A stretch of 59,770 bases of DNA from Candidatus Hydrogenedentales bacterium (GTDB lineage Bacteria; Hydrogenedentota; Hydrogenedentia; Hydrogenedentales; CAITNO01), in the NCBI GenBank assembly GCA_041859375.1, contig JBHEKP010000286.1, positions 1 to 59,770 of the forward strand, read 5' to 3'. The notes under the pieces were generated by a model that was not told where the DNA came from, ran no database searches, and saw only the letters and a list, made by a program, of their open reading frames with translations. The translations under genes were made by a program, and so were the position numbers. This document shows, in pieces, positions 46,501 to 55,743 of this stretch (its first letter is position 1; every line of letters starts with the position of its first letter).

Positions 46501-48310
46501 CGTCCGCTTCCAGCCGCAGAGAAAGCGCATCCAGGGCCGCCGTGGCGTCAGTAAACGTGAAAGACGAAAAGCCCTTCTCCGCAACCAGAGGGAAGTCGGC
46601 CTCCATGGACCCCATTGGAACGCCGTTGAACAGGCAGCTTTCCGAGTGTATTTTCACGGTGTAATTTGGTGATGCGGCAAGGGCGGCGGGTGAGCCCGCC
46701 TCTTTGAGAATGGCAGCTCCCGCCTTTTCAAGCGAGAATACGCCAAAGGAAACGGAAGGCGTTTCGAAGCCAAAGCGCGCCTTCGAAACGGTTTCATTCC
46801 CCTCAAGCGAGCCGGACACCGCAACATTCCCGGGGAAAACCGGGGTGTTTGTGATGTGTTCCAGCAAAGGAGCGGGCAGGATTCCCTCCAACGAAATATC
46901 TGTGCTGGAGCCGGACAGGAAATGGGTGCCCTGCGCCGCAAGTCGGAATTCGCCCGCCGCAAGGGATATGGTTTCAAAGTGCAGTGATTCCCGCTCGGTG
47001 TCGCAGGCCATGTTGAGCGTCAGCACGGGTGTCTCGGGGAATGCCTGGTTTAATGACCAGGGAAGCAGTTCGACCAGTTGCCGGTGAGGGGTGAAAACGC
47101 CCGACAACCGCAGTGGAGCGCCCCAGACAAGGGTCCATTCGGAGTCGCCAAGGAGTTGCCGCCCCCCGCCTCCTTTCAGGTCCAGTCCGATCAGTGCCTT
47201 TTCAGGCGTGCTGTCCAGTGACGCGGTGATGGAGAGGGCCGGCGCATTTTGAAGAAGGGGGCTGATGCCGCCAACCGCCGGAAGCGAATCAGCACTCATT
47301 TGAAGGGAAATATGCGCGTTTCGGGTTTTAAGACGGAACGATCCGTCGGCGGTGGCGCGGCCGTGCCGCCAGTCAAGGGTTGCGTTTTGAAGGGTGAAAA
47401 GGCCGTCCAGTGTTAGCGTCCCGGAAAACTCCGCATGGGCCTTTTCCCCCAGCCAAACGGACAAGGGGCCTGCCGGCATCCACTGTCCCGGAAAGACGGC
47501 AATGTTTGCCGTGATTTCACTGTCCGTTGTCCCGGAAACAGTTGCCGAACCTGACAGGAGCGGGCCGGCGGCAGAGTTGAAATTGGCTGTGGCGTTCCAC
47601 TTTTCACGGGGACCGGATCCCTTGATATCAATGGTTACATGGTCCGGTTTTCCCGAGAGCAGCGGGAAAAGGGTGGCGTCATCAACATGAATGTCCAGTC
47701 CGGGCAAATCCGTGTTGTTGGCGAAGGAGATTGCGGCATTGGTGCCCTCCTTGTCGGTGCGCCTGATTGAAAACGAACAACCGGGGGCTTGGCCCCAACC
47801 TGTCCATGCAATGGCGCCTTCCGCATGGAAAGCGGCCCGTTCACCGAAAACGGGCTCTTCAAACACCAGTGCCTTGATGTCTATCTTGTCCGCATGGGGG
47901 TAGAAACGGTATCCGGGCACCTTTGGAAGCCGCCATTTTCGCAGGCGCACGGGTTTTCGGTGAATGGTGGTCGTCTCAACAGAAACAGAACTGAGCCTGG
48001 GCCTGCCAAAAAAAAGGTCTCCGGGAGCACCCCTCAACGCGGTGTTGTTGATCTCTAGCCAGACGCCCTCCTTGTCCCGGATTGTGATTTGATCAATCTT
48101 TAAGTTCCAGGGCACCAGGCCGCTCAGGCCCCGCGCTTCAACGGTGAACGGGGTGCGCGCCGCAACCTGCGCCTGGATAATGGAAAGGACGAGTTCCCTG
48201 CCGGGCGGTGTTTGGAGTGCGGCAAAGACCAATATGGCAACCGCAAGCACCGCCGCAATCAAAAAAAACGATAAGCGTAAAAGGCGTCTGGATGTTGTCT
48301 TTGCGGACAT
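43538..48310 (-). CDS. tamB: Translocation and assembly module subunit TamB (DUF490 C-terminus)
   Basis: 1590 aa from ATG 48310 (MSAKTTSRRLLRLSFFLIAAVLAV, N-terminal anchor). C-terminal GKYINDRIYLEAQQG...VEVTPNVSVKADVG block. It lies immediately downstream of tamA (TGAcaATG). Confidence 0.85.
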   Translation of the reverse strand: MSAKTTSRRLLRLSFFLIAAVLAVAILVFAALQTPPGRELVLSIIQAQVAARTPFTVEARGLSGLVPWNLKIDQITIRDKEGVWLEINNTALRGAPGDLFFGRPRLSSVSVETTTIHRKPVRLRKWRLPKVPGYRFYPHADKIDIKALVFEEPVFGERAAFHAEGAIAWTGWGQAPGCSFSIRRTDKEGTNAAISFANNTDLPGLDIHVDDATLFPLLSGKPDHVTIDIKGSGPREKWNATANFNSAAGPLLSGSATVSGTTDSEITANIAVFPGQWMPAGPLSVWLGEKAHAEFSGTLTLDGLFTLQNATLDWRHGRATADGSFRLKTRNAHISLQMSADSLPAVGGISPLLQNAPALSITASLDSTPEKALIGLDLKGGGGRQLLGDSEWTLVWGAPLRLSGVFTPHRQLVELLPWSLNQAFPETPVLTLNMACDTERESLHFETISLAAGEFRLAAQGTHFLSGSSTDISLEGILPAPLLEHITNTPVFPGNVAVSGSLEGNETVSKARFGFETPSVSFGVFSLEKAGAAILKEAGSPAALAASPNYTVKIHSESCLFNGVPMGSMEADFPLVAEKGFSSFTFTDATAALDALSLRLEADGSLALPENSFSVDGTLISGDLSTSAMLLPFAPKGEAVVTAKAKGIMRPFALEGGVTLKISGLQGLPQQLQQLSGPSPSAQASLTWRDGAFSWRDGELAAESLSLKTDGSFTPSSGGYDIVFSGKAPDLAAIIPTGGKNTPSGEAAFKGNISGDETKHAITGGFSLKKPGYGLFAADTLSGDFLFEGKDLGKFSGKVKATAQTKGKPRLDGTCEVAINDDAVQVRKGSFSSGPNRASGSLDWNRKDASFKTGLTFDLPELGRLSLFGEHSVAGGIRGDLELHGGGRDAFRLKTNAKAQNLHFDNNTLESAKCSGNFEITGSKTAGSGTLDFTGLSAFGILSGGSGSLALSAKDNRGNASLNVSGSLHRKGEETPLPVQFSATTLIDPARGVLEIEKASLSADTILMETGGTAVLTRAGDGWTLENLAVRSGGGGASLSGKWLPGNVTANAEWEDFPLSIAALFKPLPLSGTFDGTASLSGTTDNPSASFSLSTSNARMTTASNDTPPVTAECSVEIGGGRLKGTAKGLFGDAGRGVANGEIPFVFHLAPLTLSPSDAGELALSGKGELELDSLAQTMGLVEHHPRGTLLVDFACGGTRLAPVVHGKAELEDGAYENLSTGTRLQDISLRLEADASRLVLTRFTARDIDVGTVSGKGTVDLAQPRRLAVELTLNNLLALNNDYASARFSGPLILGGSLSAPEVGGSLVLNQGDFEVPEKLPGGTAPALEVTEINGPVDGAKTLPRPVSPAILPAVTLNIGLDMPSRLFVRAPVLDSEWKGSLRARGTLSKPSVGGTMTISRGSLDFFGRRFDLRDSTITLNEDNLRDPYVNIKSTSSTASMTATMLLSGQVSEASLSVVSEPPMPQDEALAMLLFRRNVSQISPVQAVQLARAVTLLSRRMSMAEFLSGKLRIPGLDIFDVRTGETVGDTTVGVGKYINDRIYLEAQQGASTDSGKVSAEVEVTPNVSVKADVGSKERGGLGVVIRKDY

Positions 48311-48312
48311 TG

Positions 48313-50148
48313 TCAGAACGCCTGTCCCATGCTGACATAAAACTGCATGGAGCTGTCTATGCCGCCGCGGGGGTTGAGCGGCGAGGCCACGTCCAGACGC
48401 AACGGCCCTATGGGGGTGAAATAGCGCAACCCCATGCCCGCGCCCCAGCGCGGTGTGCCGCTGAAGTCGGGCAGGGCGGATTCGTACACCGAGCCGCCGT
48501 CCAAAAACACCGCCAATCCCAGGCGGTCGTTGAGTTTTCGGCGCAGTTCCAGGGAGCATTCGGCGAGTGAACGGCCGCCGACGGGTTCGTCATCACAGTT
48601 GATGTCGCCGATGCGTTGGTAGCCAAAACCCCGGACGGAGCCGCCGCCACCGGCGTAAAACCGCGCGTCCGGGGGCACGTCCGTCAAGCCCGCCCCGGCA
48701 AGCATGCCCAGTTTAAGTCTTCCGGCCAGGACCCAGCGGGCGTCCTCGTCGAAGGAATGATAACCGCTCCACTGGAATTCATTTTTCAGGAAGGCCGCGC
48801 CCGGGCCGCTGACGACCACATGGGGCTCCGCGCGCATCCCCAGGCGAAGACCGTTGGAAGGGTCCAAAGGATTCTCACGGGTGTCCCTTGTCGCCTCAAC
48901 CGGAAGGGAGGCGGTGAAGTAGGTTTCCCCTTCGTCCGACTGCTCCACATGGCTTAAGCGAAGTTTGGGCCCGCCGCCAATGGTCAATTGGCGGCTGATA
49001 CGGCGTTCGACCCACGCGCCAAGCTCGGTCGCGCGGCTGTCATAGGCGTCTGGGGACTCATTGGAGGCCTTGAAGTTCAGGGAAAGCGTCTGGTCTTCAC
49101 GCATAAAGCCCGGAAACTCATATTTTGCCGTGATGCTTTGGTCGATTTCTGAGGTGTTCAACCCCAGGGTGAGGCGGTGCGCCCTGCCGAAAAGGTTGCG
49201 GTGCTGCCAGCCCGTCTGCGCGCCAATTCCCTCGTCCGTGCGGTATTGCACTCCGAAGGAAACCGTGCGGTGCTTGCGTTCGGTAACGGTGACATTAATC
49301 GGGATTCCGCCGTCCGCGTCCACGGCCGTGCCCGGTTCAAGGCTGGCTGTGGCAAAAAGCCCGCTGGCAAGCAGTTTCTCCCGCCCCTTCTCCAGCAGGG
49401 AGCGGCGGTAACGCTCGCCGGCTTTCCAGGGAAGCATCGCCAGCACCGGGGCGGCTTCCATTCCCTCAAGCCCTGCAATTTGAGTTGCCCCAAAATTTGC
49501 CGGGTGCCCGAGCTGGATCACATAGGCCACTACAACGGAGTGTGCGGCATGATCAACCACCACTTTACGGTCACCGGGATGGGCGAGGGGCCATCCCTCA
49601 TCGCGCGCGGCGGCAACGAGAAAAGCCTCCCCGTCCAAAATCTTCGCAGTTTCCGCAAAATCCCCCTTCTTCAGCGGAAAATTTCGCGGAATCCAAGTAT
49701 TGTCCGTGGATTTGACTCCGGTGGCGTCATATGCGGAAACGGAGAGTTCGGACACCAGATAAGGGACTCCGGTAGTGACCGAAAAAACCACCACCGGGCG
49801 AATCTCCCCCTTCTCAACGGTGGAGGTTGCCGTTGCCTGGTAATATCCAAAGCCACGCAACACCTCCAACAGCAGGGCGGTTTCCTTTTCGGCCCTTGTT
49901 TCCAATGCTGTCACGGAAAGGTCGCGCTTGTTTCTTATCCGCTCTAATTGGGACTGTTCCAACAGGGCCGCGTGCAGCTTTTTTTCGTCTACCCCACGAA
50001 TTTCAACGGTGAAATAGTCTTCCCCCCAGGCCGTCAGCACGGGGAAAGCAAGAAACTGCACGCAAAGAACCAGCAACCCAATACGCCGCAGTAAAGACGG
50101 CGTGATGATTGGATTCGATTGCGCTTTCAGGCAACACATTATGTTCAT
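48313..50148 (-). CDS. tamA: Omp85-family outer-membrane protein TamA (POTRA domains plus beta-barrel)
   Basis: 611 aa with a signal peptide and POTRA-like N-terminal repeats. The barrel ends in ...MQFYVSMGQAF (terminal Phe). Confidence 0.85.
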   Translation of the reverse strand: MNIMCCLKAQSNPIITPSLLRRIGLLVLCVQFLAFPVLTAWGEDYFTVEIRGVDEKKLHAALLEQSQLERIRNKRDLSVTALETRAEKETALLLEVLRGFGYYQATATSTVEKGEIRPVVVFSVTTGVPYLVSELSVSAYDATGVKSTDNTWIPRNFPLKKGDFAETAKILDGEAFLVAAARDEGWPLAHPGDRKVVVDHAAHSVVVAYVIQLGHPANFGATQIAGLEGMEAAPVLAMLPWKAGERYRRSLLEKGREKLLASGLFATASLEPGTAVDADGGIPINVTVTERKHRTVSFGVQYRTDEGIGAQTGWQHRNLFGRAHRLTLGLNTSEIDQSITAKYEFPGFMREDQTLSLNFKASNESPDAYDSRATELGAWVERRISRQLTIGGGPKLRLSHVEQSDEGETYFTASLPVEATRDTRENPLDPSNGLRLGMRAEPHVVVSGPGAAFLKNEFQWSGYHSFDEDARWVLAGRLKLGMLAGAGLTDVPPDARFYAGGGGSVRGFGYQRIGDINCDDEPVGGRSLAECSLELRRKLNDRLGLAVFLDGGSVYESALPDFSGTPRWGAGMGLRYFTPIGPLRLDVASPLNPRGGIDSSMQFYVSMGQAF

Positions 50149-50165
50149 CCCTGCTTCAGAACAAA

Positions 50166-50193
50166 ATTATACACTATTTGGTGCCCTGCTCAA
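50166..50193 (-). promoter_or_regulatory. Candidate promoter for tamA-tamB
   Basis: Minus strand reads TTGAGC (50193..50188), 16-nt spacer, perfect TATAAT (50171..50166). Only 17 nt separate the -10 element from ATG 50148, so either the leader is very short or the real start is Met4. Confidence 0.35.
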
Positions 50194-50259
50194 CAGTATA
50201 CACCGCATATTGTGTGCGAAAATGAAATGAGGGGGCCATTCCACTCAGAATAAACAATT

Positions 50260-52035
50260 TTAACACTCACGGCCTTCCACGGGAAGCAGAATCCGGTGTT
50301 GCCGCAGGCGTTCCGCATCGCTTTTTGCCACATAAATGGGGTTTCCCCTGGGATCCGCGCAGGTGTGATACATGGCGGTGGCCACAGTGCCGGGGGTGGG
50401 AATGAAACACTGCACCTGCCGGGGCCGCCACCCCCGTTCCCTGAGCCAGCGGGCCAGATCGCGCATGTCATCGTCGGTGCATCCGGGGAAGGCGCTGATC
50501 AGATAAGGAATGACATATTGTTCCTTTCCAACGCCGCAGGAGGCATTGGAAAAAAGGGCCATGAACTGCTCAAACCGGTGGAAGGAGGGCTTTCGCATGA
50601 GCTTCAGCACCTTGTCGCTGGCGTGTTCCGGCGCCACCTTCAACTGCCCCCCCACGAATTCGTTGATGAGCGCCTTCAGAAACACCCCTCCCCCGCCGTC
50701 AAGATCATAGCGCACCCCGCTGGCAACGCGCAGGTGGCGCACACCGTCAACGCCCGCCATTTCCCGGAGCAGATTGACCAGGGCTTCGTCCTCTGTCTTG
50801 AAATGGGGGCAAACCACGGGCACCAGGCAGTCGGTGCGGCGGCAAACGGAGGGATCCGCAGTGCAGCGCGCGCCCCACATGTTTGCGGTGGGGCCGCCCA
50901 CATCGCTGATGCTTCCCTTCCAGTCAGGGTGCTTTGTCAGCGTTCGGGCTTCTTGAAGAAGGGATTCCGGGCTGCGGGACTGGATTTGACGCCCCTGGTG
51001 CATGGTGATGGAACAGAAGGTGCATCCCCCGGCGCAGCCCCGGTGCGCGGTGATGCTGAACTGGATCATGTCGGCTGCGGGTATGCGTTCCCTGTGCAGC
51101 GGATGGGGCCGCCGGGTGAAGGGCAGGGCGTGAAGCGAGTCAAGTTCGCCGGTATTGAGGGGGGCGGCGGGTGGGGCAAACACCACGTGGCGTGTGCCGC
51201 TTGCCTGCACCGCCCAGCGGGCGCCCTGGTGCACCTGACGTTCCAGGGCCAGTGTTGCGGTCATCAGCGCCTTTGGTTCAGCGGAAATCTCCTCATGCCC
51301 AGGCAGGCGCACCAGCCCATCATCCTGGGGCACCAGACCCGATTCCTGCAACGGCTCCAATTTGGAGACGGCAAAGGCTGTGCCGGGGATGCCGCGCAGC
51401 GCTTCAACGGGGTTGTTTCCCTCCGGCAAAGATTCAAGCCGCCGCGCGGCCTCCAGCGCCGCCCTCTCCCCCATGCCGTAAACGAGCAAATCGGCCTTGC
51501 TGTCCAGCAGCAGTGATCGGCGTATTTTGTCCGTCCAAAAGTCGTAATGGGTGGCGCGGCGCAGGGAGGCCTCCACCCCGCCGAGCACCACCGGCAGACC
51601 CGGGAAGGCATTTCGCATCAGGCCGGTGTAGACGATGCAGGCCCGGTTTGGACGGGCACCGTGGCGGTTGCCGGGGGTGTAGGCGTCGTCGTGGCGGAGT
51701 TTGCGGAATGCGGTGTAATGGGCAAGCATCGAGTCCAGCGCCCCCGCCGTGATTCCCGCATACAACCTTGGACGTCCCAGACGCATGATGTCCTCGGGAG
51801 TGTCCCACCGGGGTTGGGCAACCACGCCCACACGGTATCCCTTTGACTGGAGCCAGCGCCCAATCAGCGCGGTGCCAAAGGAGGGGTGGTCCACATAGGC
51901 GTCACCCGACACCAGCAGCACATCAAGCGCGTCCCATCCCAGCCTGTCCATCTCCTCCCGGGACATGGGCAGGGGTGCGGGCAATGGCGGGCTTTGTGTT
52001 TGCGGCCGGTCGTTGTGAGAGGTTCCGGGCATCAT
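50260..52035 (-). CDS. ygiQ: YgiQ family radical SAM protein (UPF0313)
   Basis: LPMSREEMDRLGWDALDVLLVSGDAYVDHPSFG N-terminal signature and the radical SAM cluster CAGGCTFC. Confidence 0.9.
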   Translation of the reverse strand: MMPGTSHNDRPQTQSPPLPAPLPMSREEMDRLGWDALDVLLVSGDAYVDHPSFGTALIGRWLQSKGYRVGVVAQPRWDTPEDIMRLGRPRLYAGITAGALDSMLAHYTAFRKLRHDDAYTPGNRHGARPNRACIVYTGLMRNAFPGLPVVLGGVEASLRRATHYDFWTDKIRRSLLLDSKADLLVYGMGERAALEAARRLESLPEGNNPVEALRGIPGTAFAVSKLEPLQESGLVPQDDGLVRLPGHEEISAEPKALMTATLALERQVHQGARWAVQASGTRHVVFAPPAAPLNTGELDSLHALPFTRRPHPLHRERIPAADMIQFSITAHRGCAGGCTFCSITMHQGRQIQSRSPESLLQEARTLTKHPDWKGSISDVGGPTANMWGARCTADPSVCRRTDCLVPVVCPHFKTEDEALVNLLREMAGVDGVRHLRVASGVRYDLDGGGGVFLKALINEFVGGQLKVAPEHASDKVLKLMRKPSFHRFEQFMALFSNASCGVGKEQYVIPYLISAFPGCTDDDMRDLARWLRERGWRPRQVQCFIPTPGTVATAMYHTCADPRGNPIYVAKSDAERLRQHRILLPVEGREC

Positions 52036-52064
52036 TCAGTTCCACATGGTGTCAAAAGGCACTT

Positions 52065-53744
52065 TTATACCATTATAAATTGAAGGGTATGCTCAAAGGG
52101 CGTGTAACCGGTCAGGTAAACGCTTGGCCCGGACAGTTTCGCCTCCGCGCCGCGCAGTTGCACCCAGGCGTGGCTGTTTTTTCCCGGCCCGAAGCGGATG
52201 ACATCCGCGCCCATGCGGTACTCGGCGAAGCCATCCCTCAGCAGGTAGACGTCACCGGCCTCCCGGACCGCCTCCACGCCGGAAAGCTCCCCCCCTTCCC
52301 TGAGGTTGATTTCAACTGCCAGAGGCACATGGTCTGTTCCTTGAGCGCTGATGGTTAATTCAAAACCCTGAGAAGTCTCCCTAATGCGCCCTTTCTGGGT
52401 TATACGGCATATTTCGCTTATTTTGCGCTTCAGCATGACATCAGGCCAGGTGTCCGGAGTCACGGGAAATCGCGATTTGTCCGTGAGGGGCTGCAAGTAC
52501 CGCCCCTGCAGTTGCTGTGTGAAATGCCAGCCATCGGCGTCCTTCAAAAACGCAGAGGGAACAAACTGCCCCTTTCCGAAGAAGGCGGAAGCGAACCGGA
52601 CGGCACTGACGACAGCCTCCCCGCGCCGCAGGGTCACCCAACGGCTGTTTTCCTTGTGGATGATGGTGGCACTGGTTCTGCCGCGGCGGATACGGGTGAT
52701 GCCGGACGATTTGTACTCCCGTTCATAGTTGTCCGGAACAGGCGCCGGCTCGGGTGTGCTTTTTTGAAGCGCCGGATACTCCATCAGCAGGGCCAGCTCA
52801 ACATGTTCCGGCTCAAGGGGTGCCAGCATGGCCGCATACAGGCCGTTCCGGTCCAGGATGGCCAGGTGGCGCAGCGCAAACCAGTATCCGCCCATGGTGC
52901 CGCGGGTGTTGAGGTCCTGCCGGCGGGATATCTCCGTGACCACCTCGCCGTTGGGGTGGAGCAGATAGGCCATGGCGTCCAGGTTCTTGCGGACCGGCTC
53001 AAGCAGTTCAGGCCTGTTCAGCTTGATTGCGGTCACAACAAGGGCGCTGTTTACGACGGTGTTGTATCCTGCGGTGCTGCGTTCGGTGTACTGGCCCTCC
53101 TCATCAATGTCTATGCCCTCGGCCAGCCATTGGTCAATCCGGCCAACATATGCCTTGTCCGGGAAAAGTTCATGTATTTGGGCCAGGGCCGCGCACACGC
53201 ACCACCGATGGTTGGGTGTGTGAATTCCGCCGATGGAAAGGCCTTTCCCAGCCCGAAGGAGAAAGCCCTTCACCAAGTCCAGAACCGCCGTGTTTTCATT
53301 CATTACCGCGAGTCTTGCGGCAGTGGCGACGCCATGGACCACGAAACCGGTGTCGGGCGGCGAATTGAAGTTGGTCGCCGGGAGATCGATGAATCCGGAT
53401 TCATGCTGGGAACGATCCAGAAATGCCGCCGCAAGGCGCATGCGCTCAAACAGTTCGACGCTTTTGTGGTGCCGGGATAGGGGGTGAAAATAAGCCGCGG
53501 CGCCGTCACGAAGGAGCCCGGCGGCGGAGGTGCAGTAATGTATGCCCCACTGATCGGGAATCCCGCCGCACCATGGGCTTTTCGGGTCAATGTTCTGGCT
53601 GTTCACAATCCGGTTCAGATGCTCGTCGTGCGCCTGGACGACCGGCGCGGGCGCGGTCTCTTCCGCCCTGGAGGCAAGGGACAGGGAGGCCATGGAGGCC
53701 ATCCCGAACGCAATCGCCTCGCGGCGGTTCATTTCAAGCGACAT
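52065..53744 (-). CDS. Exported (Tat-like signal) protein, possibly a heparinase II/III or alginate-lyase-like alpha/alpha-toroid enzyme
   Basis: MSLEMNRREAIAFGMASMASLSLA resembles a twin-arginine leader. The block HTPNHRWCVCAALAQ...DQWLAEGIDIDEEGQYTERSTAGYN resembles polysaccharide-lyase toroid motifs. Confidence 0.6.
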   Translation of the reverse strand: MSLEMNRREAIAFGMASMASLSLASRAEETAPAPVVQAHDEHLNRIVNSQNIDPKSPWCGGIPDQWGIHYCTSAAGLLRDGAAAYFHPLSRHHKSVELFERMRLAAAFLDRSQHESGFIDLPATNFNSPPDTGFVVHGVATAARLAVMNENTAVLDLVKGFLLRAGKGLSIGGIHTPNHRWCVCAALAQIHELFPDKAYVGRIDQWLAEGIDIDEEGQYTERSTAGYNTVVNSALVVTAIKLNRPELLEPVRKNLDAMAYLLHPNGEVVTEISRRQDLNTRGTMGGYWFALRHLAILDRNGLYAAMLAPLEPEHVELALLMEYPALQKSTPEPAPVPDNYEREYKSSGITRIRRGRTSATIIHKENSRWVTLRRGEAVVSAVRFASAFFGKGQFVPSAFLKDADGWHFTQQLQGRYLQPLTDKSRFPVTPDTWPDVMLKRKISEICRITQKGRIRETSQGFELTISAQGTDHVPLAVEINLREGGELSGVEAVREAGDVYLLRDGFAEYRMGADVIRFGPGKNSHAWVQLRGAEAKLSGPSVYLTGYTPFEHTLQFIMV

Positions 53745-53775
53745 TCGTCAGGTTCCTTTGTCCCGCCATTGGGGA

Positions 53776-55674
53776 TTAAACGCCCCCGGATTTTTCAGCC
53801 GAATTTTTCAGGTGCTGCGCCCGTCCCTCCTCCATCCATTTCCAGAGCGCGTCACGCCACAGGGCGACGCGCTTCTTTTCCTGTTCGGTGGCGGCCAGTT
53901 GTTCCGCCTCCGCAATCAGGCTTCCGAATTCCTTCATCCGGTCGGCGGTTCCCAACTGGGTCCAGGCGACGTTTTTCCAGTCGATGCCGTTTTTCCTGTA
54001 CCACGGCTTGCGGTAATTGTCCGGGTTGCAGGCGGTTTCCTCGAGTTTTTGGTAGAACGCCTTCATGGGCTTTTCCGCCGCGCCAAAATAGAGGCGGAAA
54101 AACTCGCTGATGATTTCGTCCACATCCGCCGAGGGATCATCCCAAATCTTCGCGATGGCATAACTTTCAAGCATGTCCTGCTGTCCGCAGATGAAGATGC
54201 CCCGGATGCCGTCTTTGATGTACATGCGCATGGTTTCGGCGCTTTTGTGGACCATGATGTTTGGGAAACAGTTGAACTTGTCTATCAGCGCGGGTTCCAT
54301 GGGGTGGTGATAGTAATTCCAGAGGTACATGGGCGCCTCGCTGCGGCGCAGCCAGTCTTTGTACAGCTTCATGTCGTTTTCGCGCATTTCCCTGTGGATG
54401 GCATACATGCAGTTGTGCAGGCAGGGGGCCATGGAGACGTTCGGTTCCATTTCAAAGGTGGTCGGCGGATAGGCGTAGTTCCAGTAGGCGAGCGTGGCGA
54501 TGTACTTGCTTGGGTGGGTTTTGCGCACCTCGCGGGCGACGGCGTTCACGAAGGAAAAGAAGTAGTTGCTGATGGTGCCGCTGCTGAACTGCCCGGTCTG
54601 CATCCTCCTGCCCGACACGATCAGTGCCTTGCACTTGTCGCACGTGCAGTAATTGGAGTTGTCGTCGGGGATGATTGCGAAATAGTCACCGACCGCCTTC
54701 CAACCCTCCGGTGTTTCCTTTTTGCCGTCAAAGTAGTCCCGCGCCATTTGCGCGACCTGTTCCACCAGTTTCGGGTTGGAGTAGCAGAGCTGCGTCCCTT
54801 TGCCCGGTCCCTGCGCCTGGTATTCCGGATCGGTGAAAACGGTGTCAAAGGTTTTTCGGTTGAAGGTGTGGTTCCCCGCCCATTTTTCCCCGCCAAGGCG
54901 CATGCGCCGCCAGAAAAGGAACAGTTCTGGCTGTGTGACCGGGCCCCACTGTCCGCTGATGAAGGGCCAGCCGCCCCCGTAAAGGTAGTCGCGGTATTTA
55001 AGCGCGGGTGAGCGGCGTATGTTCCGCCCATTCACGGAAAGTGTTTTTTGCGGGGGGATGATGATGGATGATTCGGTTGCGCCGTACCAACGGACGTCAC
55101 AGAACTGCTCAATGAAGTGGTAGGCGGCCTGGCAGGTGCCCTGTTCGTCATAGATGCCGGGCAGCTCCATTTCTCCTGTGCTGCGTTCCGGCATGCCCAC
55201 TGTCTTCCAGTAGTCTATCCGGTGGCGCGTGGCCGCCAGTGCGTCACCGCAATTCATGGGCCTGCCCAGTTCGGCGCGGTTTTTCGGCGTGTCCTCCCAG
55301 TCACGTCCGATAAGAATCAGGGTGTCCGGACGAAAATCAACAATATATTCCTGGGGATCAAAGTCGGCGGATTTCAGGCCCAGGGCACGGGTCTCCGTGC
55401 TCTCCCCCACAAGCACTTTGAGCCCTGAAACCGGGGAATCATCGGTGTGAATGGGAATTTCAGCCCCGGATATTTTCAGCACATGGAACTGAAGCTCAAG
55501 TGCCGCCAGGCGTGCCGCCGGTGTGGCCTGCGCGGCGACAACAATCGTGCATGCCGGCTTTCCATCCCGCACGAGATCAAAGCCGTTCCTTCCAGTGTCA
55601 CGCGCCAGTCCGGCGCACCCGGCACAAATAATGAGACAGACAATGGGGATGCAAAGGTGAAACAGGCGGATCAT
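53776..55674 (-). CDS. Exported DUF4838-like (glycoside-hydrolase-like) protein
   Basis: The N-terminus FDLVRDGKPACTIVVAAQATPAARLAALELQFHVLKISGAEIPI is typical of DUF4838 proteins as I remember them. It has a Cys-containing signal and AAGGAGG upstream. Confidence 0.65.
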   Translation of the reverse strand: MIRLFHLCIPIVCLIICAGCAGLARDTGRNGFDLVRDGKPACTIVVAAQATPAARLAALELQFHVLKISGAEIPIHTDDSPVSGLKVLVGESTETRALGLKSADFDPQEYIVDFRPDTLILIGRDWEDTPKNRAELGRPMNCGDALAATRHRIDYWKTVGMPERSTGEMELPGIYDEQGTCQAAYHFIEQFCDVRWYGATESSIIIPPQKTLSVNGRNIRRSPALKYRDYLYGGGWPFISGQWGPVTQPELFLFWRRMRLGGEKWAGNHTFNRKTFDTVFTDPEYQAQGPGKGTQLCYSNPKLVEQVAQMARDYFDGKKETPEGWKAVGDYFAIIPDDNSNYCTCDKCKALIVSGRRMQTGQFSSGTISNYFFSFVNAVAREVRKTHPSKYIATLAYWNYAYPPTTFEMEPNVSMAPCLHNCMYAIHREMRENDMKLYKDWLRRSEAPMYLWNYYHHPMEPALIDKFNCFPNIMVHKSAETMRMYIKDGIRGIFICGQQDMLESYAIAKIWDDPSADVDEIISEFFRLYFGAAEKPMKAFYQKLEETACNPDNYRKPWYRKNGIDWKNVAWTQLGTADRMKEFGSLIAEAEQLAATEQEKKRVALWRDALWKWMEEGRAQHLKNSAEKSGGV

Positions 55675-55743
55675 GTTTGCGCCTCCTTGATTTTCAAGAT
55701 GTCACCGTGCGCAGTTATAGGGCCCCGGCCGGGGCAAATACAA

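Noticed and set aside
55675-55743. GCCCCGGCCGGGGC palindrome between paralog 1 and the DUF4838-like gene as a terminator
   Set aside because: The stem is short, the loop is minimal and no U-tract follows. It more likely has little effect or only stabilises the transcript, so it is not annotated.
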